Made by a program: the position numbers and the translations under genes. 64,000 bases of DNA from Roseovarius sp. (lineage in GTDB: Bacteria > Pseudomonadota > Alphaproteobacteria > Rhodobacterales > Rhodobacteraceae). Positions 48,906 to 58,059 of the stretch are shown here, piece by piece. The stretch is taken from positions 2,977 to 66,976 of the forward strand of contig JBLWYG010000002.1 of assembly GCA_048267045.1 (NCBI GenBank), in the 5' to 3' direction. Within the stretch, counting starts at the first letter, position 1. Each line of letters starts with the position of its first letter. The notes under the pieces were generated by a model that was not told where the DNA came from, did no database searches, and was given only the letters and a program-made list of their open reading frames with translations.

Positions 48906-49286
48906 ATGGCTAACTACATCCCCCCCGTTCAAAGCAAGATCGGGCAAATCATTGACGTCATCGTTCTGCTGGTTCTGGCAGTCGGCGCGCTTTACCTGCC
49001 GCTCTTCATGGGTCTGGCAGGCAGCGCACAAACATCGAATGTGCCGGATAACCCCACTTGGGAAACCTTGGGGCAAAACCCCACCATGGTCGAGAAATGG
49101 AACGAGCTTGGCTATGCCACTGCCGCCGACGCGGCCGAGATGATCACCGCACGTTTCGACTATTCCTTCTCGATACTCAACCTTCTGGTGATGATCGTCG
49201 TTGTCGTCGGCTATTACGCCATCGTGCTGCGGTTCTCCAACAAGGAGTACTGCGACGTGATTTCCGAAAAATTCGGCGACAAGTGA
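48906..49286 (+). CDS. Two-TM membrane protein with a soluble loop (APC operon gene 2)
   Basis: GAGG RBS; TM-loop(NPTWETLGQN...RFDY)-TM. Confidence 0.8.
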   Translation: MANYIPPVQSKIGQIIDVIVLLVLAVGALYLPLFMGLAGSAQTSNVPDNPTWETLGQNPTMVEKWNELGYATAADAAEMITARFDYSFSILNLLVMIVVVVGYYAIVLRFSNKEYCDVISEKFGDK

Positions 49287-49299
49287 ACAGGGACTGAAC

Positions 49300-49467
49300 A
49301 TGGATATCTGGAACATCATGGAATACGCCGCCTGGGGGCTTTCAATCGTCTTCGGGCTTTATATCGTCATCGACTGGATCAAGATCGACAGCACCTACAG
49401 CGAAGAGGAACTGATGTCCTCGCGCGAGGGCGAGCTTGAGGCGATGACGGAAGAACACAAACTCTGA
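49300..49467 (+). CDS. Single-TM small protein, 55 aa (APC operon gene 3; not in ORF track)
   Basis: Own translation MDIWNIMEYAAWGLSIVFGLYIVIDWIKIDSTYSEEELMSSREGELEAMTEEHKL; AGGGA RBS; fills the gap exactly. Confidence 0.78.
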   Translation: MDIWNIMEYAAWGLSIVFGLYIVIDWIKIDSTYSEEELMSSREGELEAMTEEHKL

Positions 49468-49481
49468 ACGGGGAGAAGAAG

Positions 49482-50897
49482 ATGTCTGATACGGATATCA
49501 CATCCACCGAAATGGATGGAATGGGCCCCGGTGGGACCAAGATTGGTCTGGCGCGGGTTTTGGGACCGGCGCATATCTGGGGCCTTGGCGTCGGGATCGT
49601 CCTTGTGGGCGAATACATGGGCTGGAACTTTTCCGTCGGCAAGGGCGGCGCCTACGCCGCGCTGCTGGCGTGCTGGTTTGCCGGCATACTCTATTCCTGC
49701 GTCGCCATGATCGACAGCGAGGTGACATCGACCGTCGCCGCCGCGGGCGGTCAATATACGCAGGCCAAACATATCATCGGCCCGCTGATGGCTTTCAACG
49801 TCGGGCTTTATCTGGTTTTCGCCTACACGATGCTGGAGGCTGCAAATGCAATCACCTTCGGATTCCTGATTGATACGGTGGCCGGGATGACCGGGCATGA
49901 GGGTCTCGACGAGAAGCCATTTATCATTTTGTCGATCATGTTTCTGGCGTGGCTTAACTATCGCGGCGTTCTGGCGACGTTGACCTTCAGTCTTGTCATC
50001 ACCGCCTTTGCCTTCTGTGCGATCATCGCGCTGTTTCTGTCGACGGCTGTATTCATGTCCGACAGCCCGCTGCGCCATGTCGAACTGATGACCGATCTGC
50101 CCTATGGGTGGCTGGGCGTTCTGGCGGCGATGCATTTCGGCCTGTGGTATTATCTTGGGATCGAAGGCACCTGCCAGGCGGCCGAAGAGGTCCGCTCGCC
50201 CGCGCGCTCGCTGCCCTTCGGCACGCTGGCCGGGGTGATGACGCTTCTGATCGCGGCAACGCTGACATGGTATGTCTGCGTGGGCCTGATGCCGTGGGAG
50301 TATCTGGGGCAGGCCGGCGTTCCGCTGTTCGATGCGGCACGTATGTCGGGATCAATGACGCTGATGGTGCTCTTGGGTATCGGCACGATGTTTGCTACGC
50401 TGGCCTCGGCCAATGGCTGCATCAACGATGCCAGCCGGGCGTGGTTCGCCATGGGGCGCGATCACTATCTGCCGGATTGGTTCGGTGCCGTGCACCCCAA
50501 GTTCCGCACGCCCTACCGGTCGATCATCTTCCTCGTGCCGATCGCGCTGGTTTTTGCCTTGGGCGCACCTTTGGATCAGGTGATCACCTTCTCGATCCTG
50601 TCGGGCCTCTTGGGATACACCTTCATGCCGCTGAACGTGATCCTCTTCCGTCGCAAGTGGCCGCTGGACACGATCAAGCGCGGGTATGAGCATCCGTTCC
50701 ACCCGGTTCCGGCGATCATTCTGCTCTCGCTTTGCGGGGTCACGTTCTTTGCCGTGTTCCTCGGCTACGGCTCGCAGCTGGTCGCGATGCTGAGTTTCTA
50801 CATCATCGTGTCGCTGTGGTTCCACTTCTGGCGCTACCGCTTCGTGCGCCGTGCCGCGCAGTTCACGATGCCCTGGCCCAGGCCGCGCGGCTACTGA
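49482..50897 (+). CDS. APC-superfamily permease, ethanolamine transporter (Eat)-like
   Basis: LGPAHIWGLGVGIVLVGEYMGW, AAAGGQY, YLGIEG...AEE, HPKFRTPY; about 12 TM. Confidence 0.9.
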   Translation: MSDTDITSTEMDGMGPGGTKIGLARVLGPAHIWGLGVGIVLVGEYMGWNFSVGKGGAYAALLACWFAGILYSCVAMIDSEVTSTVAAAGGQYTQAKHIIGPLMAFNVGLYLVFAYTMLEAANAITFGFLIDTVAGMTGHEGLDEKPFIILSIMFLAWLNYRGVLATLTFSLVITAFAFCAIIALFLSTAVFMSDSPLRHVELMTDLPYGWLGVLAAMHFGLWYYLGIEGTCQAAEEVRSPARSLPFGTLAGVMTLLIAATLTWYVCVGLMPWEYLGQAGVPLFDAARMSGSMTLMVLLGIGTMFATLASANGCINDASRAWFAMGRDHYLPDWFGAVHPKFRTPYRSIIFLVPIALVFALGAPLDQVITFSILSGLLGYTFMPLNVILFRRKWPLDTIKRGYEHPFHPVPAIILLSLCGVTFFAVFLGYGSQLVAMLSFYIIVSLWFHFWRYRFVRRAAQFTMPWPRPRGY

Positions 50898-50910
50898 GAA
50901 ACCCTACAGA

Positions 50911-50944
50911 CCGGCCCGCCCATTCGGCGGGCCGGATACTTTTG
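50911..50944 (+). terminator. Internal terminator-like hairpin after the APC permease
   Basis: Perfect 10-bp stem CCGGCCCGCC/GGCGGGCCGG followed by ATACTTTT. Confidence 0.6.
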
Positions 50945-50957
50945 TACCGGAGGACCG

Positions 50958-51656
50958 ATGGACCGATTCATCACAGGCGCGATCCTGATCGGGGCCGCGA
51001 TATTGTTCGTGCTGCTCTATCGCCACCTGCGCCGTGCCGCAGCCCAGCGTATCACGCAGCGTACCGGATACCTGGATGCCTGCCGCGCGCTGCTGTACAC
51101 GCCCCAAATGGGGCGGGGCGACAGTGGTTTTGCCCGGCTCGGTGGCTGCTATCGCGGGGCTGGGGCCGACATCCAGGTGCTGCCCGACACGCTGACCTTT
51201 CGCAAGCTGCCTGCGCTTTGGGTGCTGGTCACGTTGCCCGGTCCGCTGCCGGTGGGCGCCACGATGAACCTCATGATCCGCCCGACCGGGGTCGAGCCGT
51301 TCTCGCGCTTTCAGACCCTGACGCATCAGTTGGACCGGCCCGACGATTTCCCCGAAGATTGCGCGATCCGCACCGACTGCCGCGCCCATACCCCGCCGGA
51401 GGATCTGGTGCGTGCGCATCTGCACATCTTTGACGATCCGAAGGTCAAGGAACTCGTCCTCTCGCCCAAGGGTGTGCGCATCGTGTTTCTGGCCGAAGAG
51501 GCGCAGCGCAGCCGCTATCTGATCTACCGCGACGCTGAAATGGGCGTCACGCCACTGGCCCCCGACCTGGTGGGGTCCAAGCTGGAGCAGTTGATCGCCC
51601 TGCGCGCGGATCTGCTGGACGTCCAAGACGCCGAGGTGCAAGAGTTGCGCGCATGA
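50958..51656 (+). CDS. N-terminally membrane-anchored hypothetical protein, 232 aa
   Basis: GGAGG RBS; TM at residues 5-22 followed by a basic stretch and a soluble domain. Confidence 0.78.
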   Translation: MDRFITGAILIGAAILFVLLYRHLRRAAAQRITQRTGYLDACRALLYTPQMGRGDSGFARLGGCYRGAGADIQVLPDTLTFRKLPALWVLVTLPGPLPVGATMNLMIRPTGVEPFSRFQTLTHQLDRPDDFPEDCAIRTDCRAHTPPEDLVRAHLHIFDDPKVKELVLSPKGVRIVFLAEEAQRSRYLIYRDAEMGVTPLAPDLVGSKLEQLIALRADLLDVQDAEVQELRA

Positions 51657-51940
51657 GTATCGTATCCCGCCCCCCGCTCAACCCCCGCCTGGTACTGGCC
51701 GCGGCCATCATCCTGCCGGCCTCGGGTCAGGTGCTGAATGGCCAGCCGGTGCGCGGGTTGCTTTTTGCGTTCTTCATCTTGCTGCTCGGCGGCTTCACGC
51801 TTCAGACCGCCGCGCCGGACGTGTCGATCGTGGGCAAGCTGGCAGGCGGCATCTTTGTCTATGCGATGGCAATTTTCGATGCTTACAAGACCGCGCGCAT
51901 CCGCCACGAGGTCTGGACGGCCGCCAGGCCCAAAGGCTGA
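51653..51940 (+). CDS. Small membrane protein, 95 aa
   Basis: ATGA overlap with upstream gene; LPASGQVLNG..RGL..., AIFDAYK (TM2-like pattern). Confidence 0.75.
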   Translation: MSIVSRPPLNPRLVLAAAIILPASGQVLNGQPVRGLLFAFFILLLGGFTLQTAAPDVSIVGKLAGGIFVYAMAIFDAYKTARIRHEVWTAARPKG

Positions 51941-52071
51941 GCCGCAGACCCTTCGGGCGCAACAGCGCCGATCACCTCGCTCGGGCGGTCATCGATAGCG
52001 CTGAGTTGACCTGACATGCCCTTTTTTCAAAATCCGCGTGCCCTGTCGACCAGTATCCGTTGACCCCGTAC

Positions 52072-52833
52072 TCAGGTGACCGGAGTGGGCGCGATATCGT
52101 CCGCACTGCCTTCGCCGCGCCGGACCAGATGACGCAGATAGCGGCGTTCGAACCAGCGGAAGGCCCATGTGATGCACAAAACGATGAGGAAGTAGAGCAC
52201 CGCCGCCGTGATGAACCCCTCATAGGCCAGATAATAGCGCCCATTCAGCCAGCGTCCGACCCCCAGAATATCCTGAAGCGTGATCGTGCTGGCGATGACC
52301 GATCCGTGCAGCATGAAGATGACCTCGTTCGAATAGGCCGGGATCGCGCGGCGGAAGGCCGAGGGCAGAATAATCCGCCGCATGCGGCTGCGATAGGAAT
52401 GACCGGTCGCGATTGCGGCCTCCACCTCGCCGGTTGGCGTGTCGGCGATGGCACCGCGCAGCAGTTCGGTGGTGTAGGCTGCGGTGTTCAGGGTGAACGC
52501 AATCAGCGCGCACCACCAGGCCGACGACAGGACCGGATCCCACAACCAGCTGTTGCGAATGACGTCAAACTGCCCGACGCCGTAGTAGATCAGATAGGTC
52601 TGAACCAGCAACGGCGTGCCACGAAAGACATAGGTATAGACCTGCACCAACGGGTTCAGCACGGCGTGCCCGGACGCGCGGGCGATCGCCATAGGAATGG
52701 CCAGCAGCCCGCCCAAGAGCAGCGCAAGAAACGTAAGGTTCAGCGTGGTCCATACGCCATAAAGGAAGCGGTCAAAATTATCGGCGATCAGCGCAATGTC
52801 GAGCGGGATATAGGACAGCAAGGTTTCCATCAT
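52072..52833 (-). CDS. Basic amino acid/opine ABC permease (HisM/OccM-like)
   Basis: FRGTPLLVQ, NTAAYTTE, GEVEAA, YSNEVIFMLH. Confidence 0.92.
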   Translation of the reverse strand: MMETLLSYIPLDIALIADNFDRFLYGVWTTLNLTFLALLLGGLLAIPMAIARASGHAVLNPLVQVYTYVFRGTPLLVQTYLIYYGVGQFDVIRNSWLWDPVLSSAWWCALIAFTLNTAAYTTELLRGAIADTPTGEVEAAIATGHSYRSRMRRIILPSAFRRAIPAYSNEVIFMLHGSVIASTITLQDILGVGRWLNGRYYLAYEGFITAAVLYFLIVLCITWAFRWFERRYLRHLVRRGEGSADDIAPTPVT

Positions 52834-53522
52834 CCGGCCCTCACCACACCGCGGCTGTAATGCCGTTCCAGCGCACGTAGCGCCACGTCCGAGACGGCCG
52901 TCAACATCAGGTAAATGACAAAGGCCGCCGCCATGAAGGTGAACAACTGCCCGGTGGAGCGGCCCGCGGTAAACGCGTTATAGACCAGATCCTGAAGGCC
53001 GATGACTGAAACCAGTGCGGTCGTCTTCAACTGCACCAGCCAGTTGTTGGTGAACCCCGGCAACGCATAGCGCACCATCTGGGGCCAGATGATGTGTCGA
53101 AATATCAGCGACTTGGGCATGCCACAGCTGATCCCTGCCTCGATCTGGCCGCGCGGGATCGCCATGATTGCGCCGCGGAACGTTTCGGTGAAATAGGCGC
53201 CGAAGATCACGCCGATCGTCCCGGCGCCCGCCGCGAACTGGCTGACTTCGACGTAGCCCCACAGCCCGGTCATCACGCCGATATTGTTCAGCGTCACCTG
53301 ACCGCCGTAAAACACCAGCAGGATCAGCACGAGGTCGGGCACACCGCGTACGACAGTCGTGTATGCTCTGGCCAGACGCTGGGCCAGACGGCTGGAGGAC
53401 AGTTTTGCCCATGCTCCCAGCAACCCGAACACCAGCGCGAAAACAAGCGACGTCAGCGCCAGCTTGATCGTCATGAGCGTGCCGTCAATCAACTGGGATT
53501 GGTATTCCAGGATGAGGTCCAT
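52830..53522 (-). CDS. Basic amino acid/opine ABC permease (HisQ/OccQ-like)
   Basis: RGVPDLV, GAYFTETFRGA, GQIEAG, ALPGFTNNW. Confidence 0.92.
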   Translation of the reverse strand: MDLILEYQSQLIDGTLMTIKLALTSLVFALVFGLLGAWAKLSSSRLAQRLARAYTTVVRGVPDLVLILLVFYGGQVTLNNIGVMTGLWGYVEVSQFAAGAGTIGVIFGAYFTETFRGAIMAIPRGQIEAGISCGMPKSLIFRHIIWPQMVRYALPGFTNNWLVQLKTTALVSVIGLQDLVYNAFTAGRSTGQLFTFMAAAFVIYLMLTAVSDVALRALERHYSRGVVRAG

Positions 53523-53589
53523 CAGGCGTCCTCTGTTTGTGGGTCAGGGCGGCGGGAGATGCCGCCCCGACTGTTCGGTTCAGATCGGA

Positions 53590-54381
53590 TCATTCGCCCG
53601 CGGGGCGTCCGCCATAGATGTCGAACTCGAAATACTTGTCGTTGATTTCGGCGTAGGTGCCATCTTCGCGGATTGCCAGGATCGCGGCGCTCAACTCGTC
53701 GCGCAGTTCTTCCTCGCCCTTGCGCACGGCGATGCCGACGCCTTCGCCGTAGCATTCGACGTCGAGGTGATCACCGCCAAGAAATTCGTAATCCGCCCCT
53801 GCATCCGTATCGAGAAAGCCCTCCTTGGCGATCAGGCTGTCTGACAATTGCACGTCCACACGGCCCAGCGCGAGGTCACGGAACACTTCGTCCTGCGATC
53901 CGTAGAGAATGATTTCCGAGTCAGGGAACATCTTTTCAGCATAGCACTGGTGCGTCGCGCCGCGCTGGACGCCTATGCGTTTTCCAGCCAGCCCTTCCGG
54001 CGTGCCTTCGAAATCGGCATCCTTGGGGGCCACCACGCGGGCGGGTGTCTGATAATACTTGTCCGTGAAATCGATCTGGCGCTTGCGCTCTTCGGTGATC
54101 GACATGGATGCGACGATGGCGTCGAACTTCTGCGCCTTGAGCGCGGGGATCATGCCGTCCCACTCCTGCTGCACCAGTTCGCATTCACGCTGCATTTCGG
54201 CGCAAAGTGCCTTGGCGATGTCAATGTCGAACCCGACAAGCGTGCCATCCGATGATGTGGACGAAAACGGAGGATATGCGCCCTCAACGCCTATGCGAAG
54301 CGTGTCTTGCGCGGCAGCGGGGATCGCAATCGCGGCAAGAGCGGCGGTAAGGGCAGTGGTCAAAACAGTTCTACGGATCAT
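53590..54381 (-). CDS. Lys/Arg/Orn/opine-type ABC substrate-binding protein
   Basis: Signal peptide; EGAYPPF, GFDIDIAKALC..M..EC, WDGMIPAL, SMSITEER. Confidence 0.92.
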   Translation of the reverse strand: MIRRTVLTTALTAALAAIAIPAAAQDTLRIGVEGAYPPFSSTSSDGTLVGFDIDIAKALCAEMQRECELVQQEWDGMIPALKAQKFDAIVASMSITEERKRQIDFTDKYYQTPARVVAPKDADFEGTPEGLAGKRIGVQRGATHQCYAEKMFPDSEIILYGSQDEVFRDLALGRVDVQLSDSLIAKEGFLDTDAGADYEFLGGDHLDVECYGEGVGIAVRKGEEELRDELSAAILAIREDGTYAEINDKYFEFDIYGGRPAGE

Positions 54382-54409
54382 TTCTTGGGTCTCTCCTGTT
54401 GGTGGTTCG

Positions 54410-55180
54410 TTAATTCATGCGCGATAGAAACGCCTGAAATTCGGTGGTTTGCGGGTTGGAAAACAGCTGCGTGGGCGGGCCTTCTTCGCAAACCTCGCCC
54501 TTGTGCAGAAAAACGGTCTTGGTCGACACGTCACGGGCAAAGCCCATTTCATGCGTGACGACCAGCATCGTGCGACCCTCATCGGCCAGATCACGCATCA
54601 CGCCCAGCACCTCGCCCACAAGTTCGGGATCGAGCGCGGACGTAGGTTCGTCAAACAGCATCACATCGGGGTCCATCGCCAGTGCCCGCGCAATGGCGAC
54701 GCGCTGCTGCTGACCACCCGACAGATGTGCCGGGTAGTAATCCGCGCGATCCGACAGACCGACCTTTGCCAAGAGGGCCTTGGCCTTTTCGCGCGCTTCG
54801 GCCTTGGGCGTTTTCTGCACGTAAAGCGGGCCTTCCAGCACATTTTCCATCACGGTCATGTGTGACCAGAGGTTAAAGCCCTGAAACACCATTGCAAGGC
54901 GCGCGCGCATCCTTTCGACCTGCCGGATGTCCTCGGGGACCGTGTCGCCATGACGGTTGGTTGTCATGCGCATCTTCTCCCCGGCCAGCCAGATGTCGCC
55001 GGAATTCGGGGTCTCTAGCAGGTTGATGCAGCGCAGAAATGTGCTTTTGCCGGATCCGGACGCGCCGAGGATGGCGATGACTTCGCCTTTCTGCGCTTCC
55101 ATTGACACGCCCTTGATGACTTCGTGGCTGCCGAAGCTTTTGTGCAGATCCTCGATCTTCAATGCTGCGGGATCGCTCAT
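54410..55180 (-). CDS. ABC ATP-binding protein (HisP/OccP-like)
   Basis: GASGSGKS, FQGFNLWSHM, LSGGQQQR, FDEPTSALDPE. Confidence 0.94.
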   Translation of the reverse strand: MSDPAALKIEDLHKSFGSHEVIKGVSMEAQKGEVIAILGASGSGKSTFLRCINLLETPNSGDIWLAGEKMRMTTNRHGDTVPEDIRQVERMRARLAMVFQGFNLWSHMTVMENVLEGPLYVQKTPKAEAREKAKALLAKVGLSDRADYYPAHLSGGQQQRVAIARALAMDPDVMLFDEPTSALDPELVGEVLGVMRDLADEGRTMLVVTHEMGFARDVSTKTVFLHKGEVCEEGPPTQLFSNPQTTEFQAFLSRMN

Positions 55181-56568
55181 GCTGTCTCCTCCTGATCGTC
55201 GGTCAACGCCGCCAACTCGCCCAGCGTGATCGGCTTGATGGGCGAACGGGCCCTCGGCGGGGCGATCATGCCCATGCGCGATGTCTCGCCCGCGCCCAGA
55301 ATTCCACGCACGCTTGCGTCACACATGCGACCTTGGCACGGCCCCATGCCGACGCGCAACGATGTTTTGATCTGACGGTGTCCTTGCGCGCCCTCGCCCA
55401 TGCCCTGGCGGATTGCACCGGCCGTCACCTCCTCGCAGCGGCAGATGATCGTCTGGTCCGCGGGCGACAGAATTTCGGCCGGGGGCGGATAAGCGGCGTC
55501 CAGAAAAGGGCGGATGGCGCGGGCGCGAAACAGCACCGCGCGGGCGGTTGCCGCGCGCTGGTCGCGGGCATCGGCGCTGATGCGCCCCGCCGCCCGCAAG
55601 ATATCAAGAGCGGCCAGTTCCCCGGAAGCGGCGGCTGCCTCGGCGCCGCCAATGCCCGCCCCGTCGCCCGCGACATAGAGGTCGGCGCGATCAGTGGCGC
55701 CCCAAGTGTCGTGAACCGGCTGAAAGGCAACCTGCGCCGCATTCCATTCGTGCCTGATACCTGCCGCACGGCTCATGTGGGTGGACGGGATCACGCCCTG
55801 ATGGGTCAACAGCAGGGCGCAGTCCAGCGTCTCGCGCTTGCCGCCGGAGCGGAATGAAAAGCGGATCGTGCCGCTTGCGTCGGTCGTCGCCCCGAAGCCC
55901 GAGGCGGCGGTGTAGCGCCGCACTCCCGCCTTGCGGATCTTCGCGACGAGGCCAAGCCCCTTGAGCAGCGTTCGCGCTGCAAAAGCCGCCTTCGGTAGAT
56001 AGCGCAGAGCGCCCAGCATCATGCGAGGTGTCTGGGTCTCGACCAGCGCCTTCGGCGGGCATCCGGCATCAATCATCTGCGCCGCGACCAGATACAGCAG
56101 TGGGCCGGAGCCCGCCAGCACCGCGTCACGCGGCAACATGCCGGCGGTCTTCATCAATATCTGCGCGGCCCCTGCCGTCATCACACCGGGCAGCGTCCAT
56201 CCCGGAAACGGCACGGGCCGCTCCTGCGCGCCGCCTGCCAGCAGGACATGCGGCGCTGACGTGCCGCGGCTGACCCCATTGCGGGACCACATGACGCGCG
56301 GTCCGGCATCCAGACGCCAGACCGTCGCACCAAATTGCGTCGTCACGCCAGGATGGTCCAGCGCATCGACCAGCCGCGATCCCGCCGCATAGTCCCTGCC
56401 CAGCCAGCCCCGCGTGTTCCGGTTCTGGCCGACATTGCGATAGATCTGACCGCCGGGCTGTGCCTGCTCGTCCAGCACCAGCGTTTGCAGACCGCCATGG
56501 GCCGCCACCCGCGCCGCAGACATGCCGGCAGGGCCGGCGCCGATGATGATTAGATCAAATTCAGGCAT
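55177..56568 (-). CDS. Opine oxidase/dehydrogenase A-type subunit (OoxA/OdhA family, BFD-like C-terminus)
   Basis: IIGAGPAG, PGGQIYR, ERPVPFPGWTLPGVM, ICRCEEVT, GMGPCQGRMC. Confidence 0.88.
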   Translation of the reverse strand: MPEFDLIIIGAGPAGMSAARVAAHGGLQTLVLDEQAQPGGQIYRNVGQNRNTRGWLGRDYAAGSRLVDALDHPGVTTQFGATVWRLDAGPRVMWSRNGVSRGTSAPHVLLAGGAQERPVPFPGWTLPGVMTAGAAQILMKTAGMLPRDAVLAGSGPLLYLVAAQMIDAGCPPKALVETQTPRMMLGALRYLPKAAFAARTLLKGLGLVAKIRKAGVRRYTAASGFGATTDASGTIRFSFRSGGKRETLDCALLLTHQGVIPSTHMSRAAGIRHEWNAAQVAFQPVHDTWGATDRADLYVAGDGAGIGGAEAAAASGELAALDILRAAGRISADARDQRAATARAVLFRARAIRPFLDAAYPPPAEILSPADQTIICRCEEVTAGAIRQGMGEGAQGHRQIKTSLRVGMGPCQGRMCDASVRGILGAGETSRMGMIAPPRARSPIKPITLGELAALTDDQEETA

Positions 56569-56878
56569 CCGTGCCACTGCCCAGTCTTCGCAGCCCTGTC
56601 TGGCGACTGACCACCATTCCGCTGCGCACCTGCGTCATGCAGGCCTGGACGTTTGGAACGCCGTCAATCTCTACCAGACAATCGAAACAGACGCCCATCA
56701 TGCAAAAGGCCGTCCGCCCGCTCCCCTTGACCGTTTGCCGGGTATATGCGCCGGAGTGGGCCAGAAGCGCCGCCGCAACAGATGTTCCCTCGGGCGCCGT
56801 GACTGTTTCGCCCTCATAGCGGAACTGCACGGTTGCGCCCGTCTCAGGCGGCGCTCGAAAGCGCGAAGCGATTTTCAT
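56561..56878 (-). CDS. [2Fe-2S] small subunit (OdhC/HcnA-like)
   Basis: FCMMGVCFDCLVEIDG..VQAC; GGAGG RBS. Confidence 0.9.
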   Translation of the reverse strand: MKIASRFRAPPETGATVQFRYEGETVTAPEGTSVAAALLAHSGAYTRQTVKGSGRTAFCMMGVCFDCLVEIDGVPNVQACMTQVRSGMVVSRQTGLRRLGSGTDA

Positions 56879-57968
56879 CGAATGCCTCCAGGTCAGGTGC
56901 CGCAGATGTGCCATCTATCCAGTCCGCTACGACAGAGGCATGCAGCGATGCAAGCGTGATACCGCTGTGGCAGGTGACGAGATACGCGCCGGGATGCCGG
57001 GCAGAGCGCGCATAGACCGGATACCCGTCGGGCGACAGAACACGCAGTGCGCCCCAGGCCCGCACGACGCGCACAGTCGCCAAAGCCGGATAGACGGCGA
57101 CCGCGTGACGTGCCAGTTTCGTCATCATGTCCAGCGTTTCGCCGTCGTCCAGACCTACATCGGCCTTGGTCCCGCCGATCTGCACGCCGCCCTCGTCCAC
57201 CTGCCTGATCGTCCCAGACAGAAACGGCAACCGGTCGCGCAATTTCTCGGTAATAAGCACCTCGCCGCGCTGAGGGCGAATCCGTGTCGCAAAGCCCAGA
57301 TCAGGCGCCAACGATGTCGCGCCCAACCCGGCGCAAAGAATGACCTTGTCTGCACTGACTGTTTCGCCGCCGACCATCGACAGATCGAAGCCGCCCCCTG
57401 TGACCGGCGCGATACGCGCAACCTGCGCGCCCATGGTCACGCGCCCACCAGAGGCCGTCACGGCGCGTCGCACCGCGCGCAGAAATCGCAACGGATTCAC
57501 CTGCCCGTCCTGCGGCGAAAAGCTGGCCCCGACGACATGCGGCCCGATGCCCGGGATCTGCGCCCGCAGATCATCGCCGCTCAGCATCTCATGACTGATC
57601 CGGTTGCCCAGATGCCGCTGCTGCTGCGTCAACATTCCGGCAAATTCGTCCATCTCCGCCGCGTCCGTGAAAAACTCGAAACCGCCGGGCTGATCCAGTG
57701 CAACATCAATGCCGGACAAATCGGCCAACTTGCGGGCAAACTCCGGCCATGCGGCCTGCGCGTCATGTGTCCATCTGGCGTAAGGCGCGAAATTCCAGCC
57801 CTTGCCCTGCCCCCAGACCAGCCCAAAATTGCCTTGGGATGCGCGCGCATCACTGTCCGCGCCGTCCAGCACATGCACCCTGCGACCCGCCAGAAGCAGC
57901 CCCAGTGCCACCGACAGCCCCACAACGCCGCCGCCGACAATGATGATTTCAGGGTCCGTGCGATCCAT
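56844..57968 (-). CDS. Opine oxidase/dehydrogenase B-type FAD subunit (DAO family)
   Basis: VGGGVVG, ASQGNFGLVW, DGQVNP, WGALRVLSPDG.P, CHSGITL. Confidence 0.88.
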   Translation of the reverse strand: MDRTDPEIIIVGGGVVGLSVALGLLLAGRRVHVLDGADSDARASQGNFGLVWGQGKGWNFAPYARWTHDAQAAWPEFARKLADLSGIDVALDQPGGFEFFTDAAEMDEFAGMLTQQQRHLGNRISHEMLSGDDLRAQIPGIGPHVVGASFSPQDGQVNPLRFLRAVRRAVTASGGRVTMGAQVARIAPVTGGGFDLSMVGGETVSADKVILCAGLGATSLAPDLGFATRIRPQRGEVLITEKLRDRLPFLSGTIRQVDEGGVQIGGTKADVGLDDGETLDMMTKLARHAVAVYPALATVRVVRAWGALRVLSPDGYPVYARSARHPGAYLVTCHSGITLASLHASVVADWIDGTSAAPDLEAFDENRFALSSAA

Positions 57969-58034
57969 GCGATTCCTCCCCGGGCAATGTCGCATCTTTC
58001 CTTTTATATGAATAATCGTGATATTTGTTAAACT

Positions 58035-58051
58035 CATTCCTGTTGGATATG
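58035..58051. promoter_or_regulatory. Candidate LysR box between lysR and the oxidase operon
   Basis: CAT-N11-ATG dyad (T-N11-A) in an AT-rich intergenic region. Confidence 0.4.
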
Positions 58052-58059
58052 TATTTGCC

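Noticed and set aside
55177-57968. Hydrogen cyanide synthase hcnABC
   Set aside because: Same superfamily, but the B-C-A order, the attached amino-acid ABC importer and the LysR fit opine-type catabolism
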